Assembly: GCA_951406725.2 (NCBI GenBank)
Contig: OX597819.1
Coordinates: 90,086,001-90,150,000 of the forward strand
Length of the DNA stretch: 64,000 nt
Direction of reading: 5' to 3'
Source: Octopus vulgaris
Lineage: Eukaryota
Position 1 is the first letter of the stretch. Each line of letters opens with the position of its first letter. The notes beneath the pieces were generated by a model. It worked only from the letters and a program-made list of their open reading frames with translations, searched no databases and was not told the origin of the DNA. This document shows, in pieces, positions 13,845-26,865 of this stretch. A program made the position numbers and the translations under genes.

Positions 13845-14285
13845 ATGTGACAAGTTGGCAGAATTCTTAGTGCATAGGACCAAAATGCTTAATAGTATTT
13901 CATTCATCATTATGTCCCAAGTTCAAATTTTGCTGCAATTGACTTTGCTTTTCACCCTTTGAAAATCAGTGAGATTAAATACCAACTGAGAACTTGGGTC
14001 CATTTAATCAACTTACCCTTTCCCCAAAATTGCTAACCTTGTGCCAAAATTTGAAACCATTATCAAAGAGATGAGTTGGCAGAATTGTTAGTGTACCAGA
14101 CAAAATGCTCAGTGGCCATTTCATCCATTTTTATGTTCTGAGTTCAAATTTTGTCAGGGTCGACTTTGCCCTTCACCCTTTCAGGGTCAATGAAATGAGT
14201 ACCAGGTCAAAACTGGAATCAATTTAATCAACTTACCTAAACCATCAAAATTTCAAGCCTTGTGCCTATAGTAAAAAACATTATT
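13845..14285 (+). mobile_element. Two head-to-tail copies of SINE family C
   Basis: Same unit as 16202-16420. Confidence 0.85.
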
Positions 14286-14289
14286 TTTA

Positions 14290-14909
14290 AGCTGGTTCCA
14301 CTGCTCTAGGGACCAATTCTGCAAGTTTTTACTCCATTCTAAACACTTTAGAATGTTTGTTTTTGAAAGTTTTTGCAACCCTCCTGTGAAATCCAGATTT
14401 GTGCAGCTCCCAGCGAACAGTGTGTGTGGAAACTAGGTTCTCCAGGTAGTCATTAAGCTCTGCAGTAATTTTGGGAGCTGTACTTTTGTGATCTTTTCTA
14501 ACAATTCACATAAGAGTTCAATGGTCCCTATCTGAAAGTTTTGATTTTCTTCCAAAGTTTTGTTTTGACAAGGAGGCTTTTCTTTCTTTCTCAAAGGCTG
14601 TCATTACATTCAAGACAGTACTTCTTGATACACCAAACATTTTGGCTGTTTTCATTACACTAGTGCTTGCCATACGAGCACCAACAATTTGACCTCTTTG
14701 AAAGTCCAATAGATCTGTCATTTTAATGAAAGTTAATTACCCTTTCTGATGATATCTGAAAAGAAACAGCAATTTTAGCAAAACATATTAAGTGACACTA
14801 ATAATAAATCAAATAACATAAAAACAGACAAGTTTTTGACAATTTTATAGATATTTCAAAATCATGATGCTATGATGCTAGGTGTTTCCATTATTTTGTC
14901 CAACCCCTG
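14290..14909 (-). mobile_element. Tc1-family element, 5' part
   Basis: Minus-strand terminus TA-CAGGGGTTGGACAAAATAATGGAAAC. ORF MTDLLDFQRGQIVGARMA...FGVSRSTV...GRKSKLSDRD is a Tc1 paired-like HTH with a GRPR-like motif. Truncated by a SINE. Confidence 0.9.
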
Positions 14910-14931
14910 TATGTATATAATTATTAATTTA

Positions 14932-15036
<105 letters not shown>

Positions 15037-15379
15037 TGTCTATGTTTGTCCTCTTTACTTAGCAGTTCACCAAAACAGACTAATAGAATAAGTACTAGCC
15101 TTACAAAGAATAAGCCCTGGGGTCGATTTCTTCGACTAAAACCCTTGAAGGCAGTGCTCCAGCATGGCTGCAGTCAAATGACTGAAACAAGTAAAAGAAT
15201 ATAGATATTATTTTCTTTTTGTCATTTCATTATATGTAAACCCCAAAACTTTATTACTGTCTTTGTATTTTCCCCCATCATCCTTCACCCTGGTGGAAAA
15301 TGAAAAAAAATCATCATCATCATCATCATCATTATCATCATCATCATCATTGTTAATATTATTATTGTCATCACTATAT

Positions 15380-15593
15380 AAAGCAGCGTGCTAGTAGAAT
15401 TGTTACCATGCTGGATGAAATGCTTAGTATTATTTCACTCGTCACTATGTTCTGAGTTCAAATTCTGCCATCGTTGACTTTGCATTTCGTCCTCTGCAGG
15501 TCAATAAATTAAGTACCTGTGAAACACTGTGGTTGATGTAATAGACAATCTGCCTCTCAATAAAATCCAGGCCTTGTGCCTATAGTAGAGAGG

Positions 15594-15597
<4 letters not shown>
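15380..15597 (+). mobile_element. SINE family C
   Basis: Family C unit ending in (TTA)n. Confidence 0.85.
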
Positions 15598-15628
<31 letters not shown>

Positions 15629-15641
15629 CATTATTACTATT

Positions 15642-16125
15642 TTTTCCTTCTTTCTTCAAATTTTCTTCCATTTCTCGCTGAGTGTTTTCCGTACACCTAG
15701 GGCAGAGAAGCTCATTGTATGCATTCCCAGATTACACACGCAAATTCACAGGTAAAATATGTATTTTAAAAAAAATTAATTAATAAATAAATTCATGAAT
15801 GGATGTTGTCTTCACAGTGATAATGCTCTTCTCAGTACGAGTCATTCCAGTTAACATGATATATTGCACTTCCTGTAGGGATGGTAAGCCTGGTATCATA
15901 ATATCCGGTTTATTAGCTTTTATAGTTTTGTTGGTATGTACGGGGAAATTCCAGAGAATCGAGACATTTTCTCCCTCAGTCACAGCTTCAGGATGGTGTT
16001 TATACCATTTGTCAGCGGTTTTGATTTTATAATGCCAACATATTGTCCAATGTAAATACTGGCCGACTCTGTCATCTTGCTTTATATTCTACAGGTGCTA
16101 AGACCTGAGATTAGGTGGTCTATAG
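15642..16125 (-). mobile_element. R4/Dong-clade LINE 3' end (restriction-like endonuclease region, internally deleted)
   Basis: Minus translation RVGQYLHWTICWHYKIKTADKWYKHHPEAVTEGENVSILWNFPVHTNKTIKANKPDI is the R4 RLE signature. It is flanked by (TAA)n, the established Dong target. Confidence 0.85.
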
Positions 16126-16136
16126 TTTATAGTTTA

Positions 16137-16179
<43 letters not shown>

Positions 16180-16201
16180 CATCAATATCATCATTATTAT
16201 T

Positions 16202-16420
16202 AAAGTAGCGAGCTGGCAGAATCGTTAGCGCACCGGGTGAAATGCTTAGAGGTATTTTGCCCGTCATTACATTCGGAGTTGAAATTCCGCCGAGGTCGAC
16301 TTTGCCTTTCATCCTTTCTGGGTCGATAAATTAAGTACCAGTTGCATACTGGAGTTGATATAATCCACAAGTGCCCTCCCCATCAAATTTCAGGCCTTGT
16401 GCCGATAGTAGAAAGGATTA
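16202..16420 (+). mobile_element. SINE family C, well preserved
   Basis: gagctggcagaatcgttagc...ggtcgactttgcctttcatcctttctgggtcgataaattaagtacc...ggccttgtgccgatagtagaaagga(tta)n; CpGs retained. Confidence 0.9.
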
Positions 16421-16438
16421 TTATTATTATTATTACTA

Positions 16439-16990
16439 TTGAGTGAGAGAGCAGCGCATGCCATCAAAGTGACACTGGGGTAAAATATACGAAGCCCAGT
16501 ATACCCATCATGACTACCTGTCTGATAAGGGTACACCAAGCACATGCATCACAACCAGATGTGCACGACATGGTGATCTCATATCAAGATAAACAGTGCA
16601 TGACCTTGCAGGTGGGGCCCAGTAAGAATTTTCTTCTGGTCAAGTAGCCCATCCTGCTCAAAAGGTCCCTGAATATGGATTGTTTAAGGATGTTGAATGA
16701 ACCACCCATCTTTCCAAAGGTGAATAATCCAAACCTCTAAGAATTCCTTTCAACACACAGCTACGATGCTCCTCCACTACTTCTGCTCATGATCAGAGAT
16801 GCACATATCATCAGCCACTAAGGGACATACTCAACTAGTTAAGGTGAAACAACTGACAAGCAAATCTGTGATATTGAGCAGAATATTTGCTGTAGTCCAT
16901 CATTTATACCAAGACATGTACATGATAACACTTCTAATCAGTTAAGATCAGCAGCCATGAGAGCCACTGTCTGGTACTGCATCAGGGCAT
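16439..16990 (-). mobile_element. About 550-bp unclassified interspersed repeat in (TAA)n
   Basis: Bounded by TTA repeats on both sides, with an inverted partial copy at about 24020-24195 and no ORF. Strand is inferred from the (TAA)n tail. Confidence 0.6.
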
Positions 16991-17018
16991 TATTATTATT
17001 ATTATTATTATTATTATA

Positions 17019-17184
17019 GGCGCAGGAGTGGCTGTGTGGTAAGTAGCTTGCTTACCAACCACATGGTTCCGGGTTCAATCCCACTGTGTGCCACTTCAGC
17101 AAGTGTCTTCTAGTATAGCCTCAGGCCGACCAAAGCCATGTGAGTGGATTTGGTAGACGGAAACTGAAAGAAGCCCGTTGTATG

Positions 17185-17258
<74 letters not shown>

Positions 17259-17472
17259 TGTATGTATGTGAGTTTGTGTGTTTGTGTTTGTCCCCCCAAC
17301 ATCGCTTGACAACCGATGCTGGTGTGTTTACATCCCCGTAACTTAGCGGTTTAGTAAAAGAGACCGATAGAATAAGTACTAGGCTTACAAAGAATAAGTC
17401 TTGGGATCAATTTGCTTGACTAAAGGCGGTGCTCCAGCATGGTCACAGTCAAATGACTGAAACAAGTAAAAG

Positions 17473-17474
<2 letters not shown>
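17019..17474 (+). mobile_element. SINE family A, full length
   Basis: ggcgcaggagtggctgtgtggtaag (A box), gggttcaatccc (B box), internal (TA)n(TATG)n, tail aagtaaaagagt. Confidence 0.95.
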
Positions 17475-17554
<80 letters not shown>

Positions 17555-18179
17555 CCGTAAGTGATAGAAGGAAGTGTTTGGCTGTGTGACAGCCTCAGCA
17601 GAGAAACTATTCTTGAAATTGAATTTGCTTGTCTCCTGTAAATAACATCTCTATTACACATCAGTTGCAGCACAGCATACTGGTTGTAATCAGAGAGGTA
17701 AAATTTGAGATCAGGTTGATTGGTAAACTAACTATTTGACAAAACATTCCATTCAGGCATTAAACATGTAATTATACATTTCTTGAAATGACTAATTTTT
17801 TTTTTTTTTGCCTTTCTTCACTCATGGTATTTCCCAATGATTACATTTAGATTACTAGGTAACTTCGTTAACCAATGGCACAATTAAGAAAGTTCAGGAT
17901 ATAGTGTTGCTGGGGAATTTCCATAAAGGTGTGGAGGCAAAAAAAAAAGAATGTTTAAGAAAAAATAATTGAGGAAGAAAGCGTATATGGGTAGGAAGAA
18001 GAAAAGAAAGGTGTATATAAATAGGAAAAAGAAAAGAAAGAAAAGCTTAAATCTGAACAAAACAGGAAATGAAATAATTTCGTAAAGACTATAAAATTAC
18101 ATGATGTAATCATGTTTAAGTGACAGGTGAAAGAATAGAATACATTAAAACACAATCTTTATGCCTAGCAAAGAAAAAG

Positions 18180-18466
18180 CCATGTCCAAGTGTCTTCTAC
18201 TATAGCTTTGGGCCGTATATATATATATGTGTGTGTGTATATATTTGTGTGTCTGTGTTTGTGCCCCCCACCAACATTGCTTGACAACCGATGCTGGTGT
18301 GTTTAGGTCCCCGTAACTTAACGGTTTGGCAAAAGAGACTGACAGAATAAGTACTAGGCTTACAAAGAACAAGTCCTGGGGTCGATTTGCCCGACTAAAG
18401 GTGGTGCTCCAGCATGGCCGCAGTCAAATGACTGAAATAAAAAATAAAAAGAGATATATATATATA

Positions 18467-18508
<42 letters not shown>

Positions 18509-18660
18509 TTAGCAGCTCGGGAAAAATAGATCAATAGAATAAGTACCAGACTTTAAAAAATAAATAAGTGGTGGGCTTGATACATTCAACTAAAAATGTT
18601 TCAGGGTGGTGCCCCAGCATGGCCACAGTCTAATCACTGCAACAAGTAACAGATAAAGGA
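18180..18660 (+). mobile_element. Two 5'-truncated SINE family A copies
   Basis: Repeated gatagaataagtac...ccagcatggcc.cagtc 3' modules. Confidence 0.8.
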
Positions 18661-19166
18661 TATTTATATACTTCCTAGAAATTTCTGTTATATTTATTTT
18701 ATTTTCTCTCACCTAACAGGATTATATCACTTAGTTATATGTTCATTACCACATTCTTTTATTTGCCATTTAGTTCAGAAAATAACCTTTTCTTTTATTC
18801 TTCCTACCTGTTAACACTTTCTTTTTTTCTCTTTTCTTTTTTCTATTATTGCTTATTTTTTTTGTTTATCTTCCATCCACACTTTGGTCTTTCTCTTCAT
18901 GGGAATTCTCAAGTTTCTCACTTGCCTCATTAGCTAACAACTGAGTCGGTAAAGATTTCCTGTTATATCATAATCTGGGACGTTACATGAATTGCTAAGC
19001 TAATTAAGATACTTATATTTAGTCAAATAACCTACTAGAAATAGCTGTCAAATCTCTCTTAAAGAACAAAGGACATATCACATAGGGTGGTCTTTAAGAC
19101 ATTGGAAAGTTTATGAATTTGAGTAAGCTTGTGTGATAGGACAGGAGAAATTTTAGGCCGTCCTAC

Positions 19167-19198
<32 letters not shown>

Positions 19199-20004
19199 CA
19201 TGTGCATGTAAGAGAGAGAGAGGAGGGAGAGAGAGAGATAGAGAGGAGGGGAAAGAGAAACGTGAGAAAAAGTTGTTTTTAATTTTTAGACAAATGAACA
19301 ACCTACAAACACTGCATTTCTCTTCACCAAATTATTTTTGTTTACACAGATCAGTTTCCTTAGATACAATTTAATATCTAAATGCACTATGTCTCAAGGA
19401 AAGAAAGGATTGTCAACACAGGAATGACTTTGATCATAAGTCAGCTCAATTAAGCCTGACCTGAAGTTAAACAGCAACAACCACTATGACAGGGCCTCTA
19501 CATGAGTTGTGGGTAACCAGAGGTCCAGGAGTTTCTGATTGATACACCCATGAAAAATTATCTTGAATTTTTTTAGCAGTGTGGCCTGCATAATGATAAG
19601 CTATATCTCACATGGCATGCTTCTCATAAAAGATTGTCCATTTCTACTCTACATATTCATTTAACTTGGTAAAATAACAGCCTTATATCCTGTATATCAC
19701 AGACTGCTCCCTTAAACAGGAGTTCTCAAACTTTTTAATCTGTTAACTGTTTTACAGACTTATAGAGACTTCATCAACCTCCTGTCCCATAGTTTATTGG
19801 AATGAATTCAAAAGACAGCTTAGACAATGTGTACAGTAAAAAAATGAATTCATTAACAATGATAACATATTTTAAATAATAAATCTATCTTGTATTGCGT
19901 TCAAAAAGTCATTAGATAACTTATTTCTGTCAGCAATGATGTACAGTACATGAACATTTCAAATCTCAATACCATTCATTTTCAGAAATTAAAGGGTCAT
20001 GATT

Positions 20005-20890
20005 TATGAGATGCATTCCAGAAGTTTTGAGACATGTTTAAGAGAGACAGTATAACTGGCTTAGATTATTGCAATTTTAGTATATCATTATTATACATAT
20101 AAGCAGACTTGCCAACTTTAGTTATTCCAGATTGAAGGAAATGACTGTAACCAGTGGCGGACTGGGTCTGAAAATATTGGTTGCCTGGAGACCAAGGGGA
20201 CCCACTTGCAACTACAAGGGGGCTCACCTGCAACTACAAGGGGGCCCAGCTGTAACTACAGTGTTATCATTTAATTTTTTTTTTTTTTGTTAAAAGTATT
20301 CTTTTCAATTGTCTACAAACACAGCCAGGCTGAAATAATTAATGTATTTTTCACAGAGTGAATAAAAAATTCTCAAACTTGAGGGGATGGGCCCCTTAGA
20401 TACTAACATGGGCCCCCATATATGGATTCTAATGGCACAGGGGCCCACTTGCCATCGGGCAAGCTGGCAACCTGGCCGGTCTGTCACTGGCTGTAACAGC
20501 ACTTTGAACTCTGCTTATCACAGCTAACTATTCTGTAGAATGCAGTTGGGATGTGTGCACAATTTACCCTTGTTTTGCAATAAAGTTCTGTGTTAAACTG
20601 GGCAAAAATGCTATAAAAACTTATGAACTGCACCAGATTGCTTATGGATTAATTTGTATGAGCTGAGTATCTGTTTTTTGCTGGCACAAGGGGCCAGGCA
20701 AAGTAAGCCCCCCAGGAAGCTCATGATGATTCCCTTTTTCAGCAGCAAGGGCATCATCTACATTCATTGGGTTCTCTCTGGTCAGACAGTCAACAAAGAG
20801 ATCTTTGTTGAGGTTCTGAGAGAGTTCAGGAAGAGAGTTCATTACAAAAGGCCAGAACACTTGCACCAGAGCAATGAACCAGTCCACATA
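20005..20890 (+). mobile_element. Internally deleted mariner relic carrying a nested hAT MITE
   Basis: AIKFCVKLGKNAIKTYEL near 20578 and ARQSK...KLMMIPFFSSKGIIYIHWVLSGQTVNKEIFVEVLREFRKR...HQSNEPVH are mariner transposase motifs. Confidence 0.85.
20152..20489. mobile_element. Non-autonomous hAT element (338 bp)
   Basis: TIRs CAGTGGCGGACTGG / CCGGTCTGTCACTG, 8-bp TSD actgtaac / gctgtaac, and internal 22-bp repeats (gcaactacaagggg). Confidence 0.9.
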
Positions 20891-21368
20891 TTATTGAAAA
20901 AAAATTTTTTAAATAATACCTCAACATTATATTCAATTGCAAGAAAACAAGATCAGGTAATTTACTTAACTAATGCAGCAAATATATATATATCTATACC
21001 TCTATTCATATATCTGTCAGTACATATGTATACAATTATGTACTTTACCTACAGCATTAGAGCTATTTAGCTCTTATTTCTAACAATATAGTTGTTCTAA
21101 CATCCTAGTTATATCTAGTAACAATAATAGTTTTCCTCTTTGGTAACACATTGCGCACACCTGTCTATATTAATTTTATACACATATAATTACATTAATT
21201 AAGTAACGAGAAGATGGATTTAGTATTAAACTTTATTCTGTACAACATTGGTTTCGACCCATCCTGCTATCCTGCTATTGTCCTGTATGTGTGGGACACT
21301 GTTCAACATGTTATGTTGCGTTGATTTTGCAAGCTGTTTCATTATATATATATATATATATATATATG

Positions 21369-21934
21369 TTGGGTTGTCCGGAAAGTTTGTGCCGAATTAT
21401 AGTAGCTTACCTTTCGACTTATTTTAGAACATGGTTGAGTCCATAAAATAGGATTTGACTACACCTCCATTTAGAGTACAGTTTAAGCTATCTTTTCGTA
21501 GAAGAAGGTTTATGTTCCTATAACCTGTGTCAATTCTGTAAATCTTTAAAATGGAAGATAAGAAAGTTCATTTTCGGCACTTGATGCTTTGGGAACCAGA
21601 CAAAAATTGCTGCAGCTCGGCTGAGATGTGTTACCCCACCCTCCATATTCACCAGATATTGCTCCTTCAGATTTCCACTTATTCAGGTCTCTGCAGAATA
21701 GTCTTAATGGTAAAAATTTCAATTCCTTGGATGACATAAAAAGATACCTTGATGAATTATTTGCCATGAAACCACCTCAATTCTAGGAAGAGGGTATTTT
21801 CGAGTTAAAGGAAAGATGGAAACACATTGTGCAACAAAATGGTTCATATTTGGTTGATTAAAAATGTAATGGCAGGTATTTATTGACCTTTTTCTTTCCT
21901 TCAAAAATCAGCACAAACTTTCCAGACAACCCAA
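21369..21934 (+). mobile_element. Internally deleted mariner
   Basis: TIRs ttgggttgtccggaaagtttgtgccga / tcagcacaaactttccagacaacccaa within (TA)n. MEDKKVHFRHLMLWE is joined to PHPPYSPDIAPSDFHLFRSLQN. Confidence 0.95.
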
Positions 21935-23170
21935 TATATATATATATGTTGAGATATATATTTATATTGAGATATATTTATATTGAGATATTCTATCTCA
22001 AATAAAATGTATGAGATAGAATATCTTTTAATGTAAGTTTATTTCTTATTAAAAGGGAAGAGCTTGATGGTTGTTAATGATAGCATAGAAATTAAAACAA
22101 AAACTTGTGATTTTAGTCTTAGGTCATCAAATTCATTGATATTTAGTCTGTTTATTTGTTTATATATTAGTGCATTTATGTGAAGGAGCTTAGCTCAGTG
22201 ATCAGAGTATCGGGCATTGAAGGCTGCCTCTTTGTCTCAGAGGGAAGGAGGAGAGAGGGAGAGGAGGGGGAGGAGAGAAAGAATGAAAAAGAGAGAGACA
22301 GAGATATTTTTAATTCTTGGACAAATAGCCCACAAAACATCAGATTCCTATTCACTGTATTATTTTTGCTTATGCAAATCATAAACTCTTCGGATAGAAT
22401 TTCATACCTAAATGCTTTATATGTAGAAGAAGGAAGGAGTAGTCAATGCTGGAACAACTTTGATCATAAATCAGCTCAATCATGACTTGTAGGCGGCAAT
22501 GTTTTTCATTGCTCCTGAAATTGCTAAACAATGCCTTTGCCTCAAGATCCTGATTCATTGCAATCAATGTATCGAAGAAGTCAGTTTTATCATCATTATC
22601 TTCATCACCAGCATTTTCCATCTTTTTTTCCATGCTGGCATAAGTTGGACAAGACATCATGGCTCATATCCTCTTGTACTCACAGTAAGAGAAAAAAGTA
22701 ATTAATTTTGATGCAATATGTGGACTGGGTACATTCCATTTTGCCACCAGAATTGGAAAGGTTGTCTCGTGCACAAGAATAAGTAGTTCTTTTTATATAT
22801 ATCAATTCTTATTTGGAGTTATTGGCCTCATAGAAACAAAGGCTGAACAACATTTTATATTTCAATATAGAATGGATAGATGATCCAATGAGAAACCTGA
22901 ATATTTTCAAGGTCTTGAGAATGAACTTTAAAACTGTCCTTTAAAATTTAAGGCAGATTATGTAAATGAGCAGGTCATGATCTCAAATGCTTTTATCTGC
23001 TTTTTGTTCTGATCATTGAATGTCTGAGAAATATTGAAAATTTTGATGGCAAAAAGAAGATTTATATAAGCTGATCTTTACTTGAAATCCTCATGTAAGA
23101 GGTTGAATTTCACTAATATGTTTTCTTTCAAATCATTTCTGCACTTCGTTAAATCTATAATAAAAGTCAA

Positions 23171-23575
23171 CAGGAGTGGCTGTGTGGTAGTAGCTTGCTT
23201 ACAAACCACATGGTTCTGGGTTCAGTCCCACTGTGTGGCACCTTGGGCAAGTGTTTTCTACTATAGCCTTGGGCCGACCAAAGCCTTATGAGTGGATTTA
23301 GTAGACGGAAACTGAAAGAAGCCCATCATATATATGCATATATATGTATATATATGTGTGTATGTGTATGTTTGTGTCTCTGTGTTTGTCCCCCCAACAT
23401 CGCTTGACAACCAATGCTGGTGTGTTTACGTCCCTGTAACTTAGTGGTTCAGCAAAAGAGACCAATAGAATAAATACTAGGCTTACAAAGAATAAGTCCT
23501 GGGATCGATTTGTTCAACTAAAGGCAGTGCTCCAGCAAGGCCACAGTCAAATGACTGAAACAATTAAAAGAGTAA
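23171..23575 (+). mobile_element. SINE family A
   Basis: Near-complete match to the other family A copies. Confidence 0.95.
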
Positions 23576-24526
23576 ACAACTAAATAAAATAGGAAATTTT
23601 TATTCAGCTGCAGTTCATTTCCTCATAATGGATTCAAATCAATAAGGATCTCCACAATTGATCAAAAAGTACCACTAACTTTTATAAGCTTTATATTATT
23701 TTCAGATAAATATCTTATTTCAGTTTGCAAAAGAAGCAGTTTGCAGGGGTTTTTTTTTTTTTTTTTTTTTATTACATTTGTATCATTTAATAACACTGTA
23801 ACACAATTTTAATGTTTGATGTTTTTTTTTTTTTTTTTTTTGGCTTTGGTCAGTAAGTATTATTTCCTATTTGCTTCTATCTAGAAATCAAAGGAAATAA
23901 CAGCTATTCCCTTCAGACTTTGGTTTCGTAATCTGGACACCAATGTTTTGAAACTAACCAATTTTCCATTACACTTCAGACAGATCCAGCTCTGAGTTGC
24001 TGAAACAGAATTTTCTAGATCTTTTGTTATACCAAATATCCTGTTCAGTACCATAGATTTGCTTGTCAGTTACATCACCATAACCACTTGAGTGTGTCCC
24101 TTAGTAGCTGACAATATGTGCATCTCTGATGATGAGCAGGAGTAGTGGTGGAGCATCATGTACTGAGAGGGAATCTTTGGGGTTTGAAAGAATGTAACAA
24201 AAGCAAAGTTTGAAGGAAATATTAACCATTTTTCATACTTTCTAGGGATGTGCAAATACAAAATAACAGCTGTTATCCAAGGACAGAAATCATGTTACCT
24301 AGTGTAATTTTTCTACTATAGACACAAGACCTGAAGTTTTGGAATAAGTCGATTACTTTTGAAGTAAGTCAGATGTCAGTTTACCTTGAACAAAACGATG
24401 CAGTTATTAATAAGAAGAGTTGAAATTAATGTATATATGCATGCAAAATTTCACAGCTGTAGCATCAGTCCCTCATAGTCAGCCTATGAACTTTTCAACC
24501 CATCTTCATAGATATTATCATTATTA

Positions 24527-24590
<64 letters not shown>

Positions 24591-24614
24591 CATCATCATC
24601 ATCATTATCATTAT

Positions 24615-24835
24615 TAATGGTTTCAAATTTTAGCACAGGGCCAGCAGTTTTTGATGGAAGCAGGAAGTTGATTACATCTACTCCAGCGCTAGACTGGTAC
24701 TTATTTTATTGACCCTGAAAAGATGAAACGCAAAGTTGACATTGGCAGAATTTAAGCTCGGAACATAAAGAGAGATGAAATGCCAGTGAGAGTTTTGTCC
24801 AGCATGGTAATGGTTCTGCCAGCTCAATGTCTTTA
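24615..24835 (-). mobile_element. SINE family C
   Basis: Reverse complement of the family C unit, between TTA and TAA arrays. Confidence 0.8.
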
Positions 24836-24859
24836 GTAATAATAATAATAATAATAATA

Positions 24860-24995
24860 ATACAAACTCCCCCCCCAAATATATGGCACACTAGGCATAA
24901 CAACAACATGAACTTCCAACCTGTTGTCTCTTGAGGTCTCTGGGTGAGACTTGGAGCCAACTTGTACAAACATAAAGCAAAAGTCAAACATAGAA
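24860..24995 (+). mobile_element. Probable R4/Dong-type 3' UTR fragment
   Basis: tctcttgaggtctctgggtgagacttgga...(aat)n, embedded in a TAA array. Family assignment is inference. Confidence 0.45.
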
Positions 24996-25182
24996 TAATA
25001 ATAATAATAATAATAATAATTTATATATGCATTATGCAAGATTCTTGATGTGAATTCGTGTGTTGAAACAGATATTGTTGTATTTGGGGATGGTGGTGTT
25101 ACCAGTTTAGCCAATAAAAACACACACACACTATATTTTTGGTGTTCACTTGCTTCAGCTTTATCTTATATTAATCGTAGTT

Positions 25183-25228
25183 CAGCCAGAGTTCTTTCAT
25201 CACACTTCTGTGACCTCATCAGTGGTCC
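25183..25228 (-). ncRNA. Minimal type-I hammerhead ribozyme motif, core intact
   Basis: Minus strand reads ggacca-CTGATGA-G-GTCACA-GAAG-TGTGAT-GAAA-G-AA-CTC-tggctg. It has CUGAUGA, a 6-bp stem II, GAAA, a 2-bp stem III, a CUC triplet and stem I cca/tgg. It lies in a non-coding module of about 400 bp (25020-25420). Confidence 0.75.
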
Positions 25229-25574
25229 TTTGCTTTCTTCTTTCTTTTTTGTGTGTCTTTCCTTACTAATGATCAGCCATTTTGTATTTTGTATTGCTAT
25301 TGTATGTGTCTTTATTTGCACATGCGTATACCCCTGTGTGTGTGTGTGTGTGTGTGTTGAGGGGGAATGTGCCTGTATTATCAGTATCCCCTGTTTATAC
25401 GTGTTCATTTAATTTGTTTTTATTTATTTTGTTCATGTGTTTATACCTACTTATTTTTTCTATTCTTTCTTTTTTTTTGTATTTAATTTAATTTAATTTA
25501 TTTTGTTAATGTATATAGTTATTTAATTCCATTTATTTATCTGTGTATTGTATTATATTATATTCATAATGATA

Positions 25575-25805
25575 AGCGTTTCTACTAAAGGCACAAGGCC
25601 TGAAATTTGTGGGGAGGGGTTAAGTCGATTACATCAATCTCAGTGTTTCACTGATATTTATTCATCAACCCCGAAAGGATGAAAAGCAAAGTCGACCTCG
25701 GTGGAATTTGAACTCAGAACATGAAGACAGACAAAATGCTGCTAAACATTTTGCCTGGCATGCTAACGATTCTGCCAGCTCACTGCCTTAATGATAATGA
25801 TGATG

Positions 25806-25864
<59 letters not shown>

Positions 25865-26078
25865 CCTTACTACTATAGGTACAAGGCCTGAAATTTGGGG
25901 GAGACAGATAGTTGACTACATCAACTCCAGTGTGTAACTGGTACTTATTTCATCAACCCCAAAAGGATGAAAGGCAAACTCAATGTTGATGGAATTTGAA
26001 CTCAAAATGAAAAGACGGACAAAATGGCGCTAAGCATTTTGTCTGGTGTGCTAACGATTCTGCTAGCTCACCACCTTA
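25575..26078 (-). mobile_element. Two SINE family C copies separated by (TAA)n
   Basis: Reverse-complement family C units at 25575-25790 and 25865-26078. Confidence 0.9.
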
Positions 26079-26865
26079 ATAATAATAATAATAATAATAA
26101 TATAATATTAAATTCTCATATCAGCCATTTCACCAGTTAGTTTCATACCAGAAGCTGAGGTAACACTGACAATCATCAGAAAAGGCTGTGAGGAAGAGCA
26201 TGGTGTAGGTTCTTTACTACTGAAAGTCTGGAAGTGTCATATCCAGTCTGCTGGCCTAACAGCTGTTGTAACTAAAAAAAAAACAAAAAAAAACCGAATG
26301 AAATTGTCCAGGCCAAAACCCTAGGAGAAAATTTATTTAAGTTCATTGGAATTACACCCTTTCAAATGGACAGTCTGGATCTTATGTCTTCATAGGCCTA
26401 TAGGCCAAATAATGGTACTGGACATGCCCCGCAGAGATTACCATACTTTCAGACTTGTAGCTGTCCAAGGCACAACAGCAGCTGGACAACCAGCCAGATT
26501 TTGTTAGGTCTCTGGAGTGTTTCTTTGGAACATCCTAATATTTCATGCTAGTGTGAGAATGGAACATTATCTTCGATGTATGCATGGACTGTGTGGGGCT
26601 AGCAGATAGAAAATACACTCAGATGTTTGACATGCCCTGAGTAAATTTTTACAAATCTGCTGATATGGACATGGACTAACAGCATCAGATCATCCAGTTT
26701 ATATCTAGATAGAGTATTCTGCAGACAAATATATAGGGATATCATAGGCTGTGCACAATTCAAAATCATCTTCATACAGAACATAAATTTGTGATCCGTA
26801 CAGTCAAACTAGTCCGGCTCCATTGGAAGGAATCCAGTTACTAGAAGCTGAATGTGTCACTCCCA

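Noticed and set aside
17555-17634. Minus-strand exon-like segment (acceptor ttatttacag), and similar segments near 42500-42685 and 58940-59016
   Set aside because: Weak donors or no recognisable peptide; cannot be distinguished from chance.
21245-21300. Half hammerhead (minus strand GGGTC-GAAAC-CAAT-GTT near AATAAA)
   Set aside because: No CUGANGA box or stem II partner found upstream.
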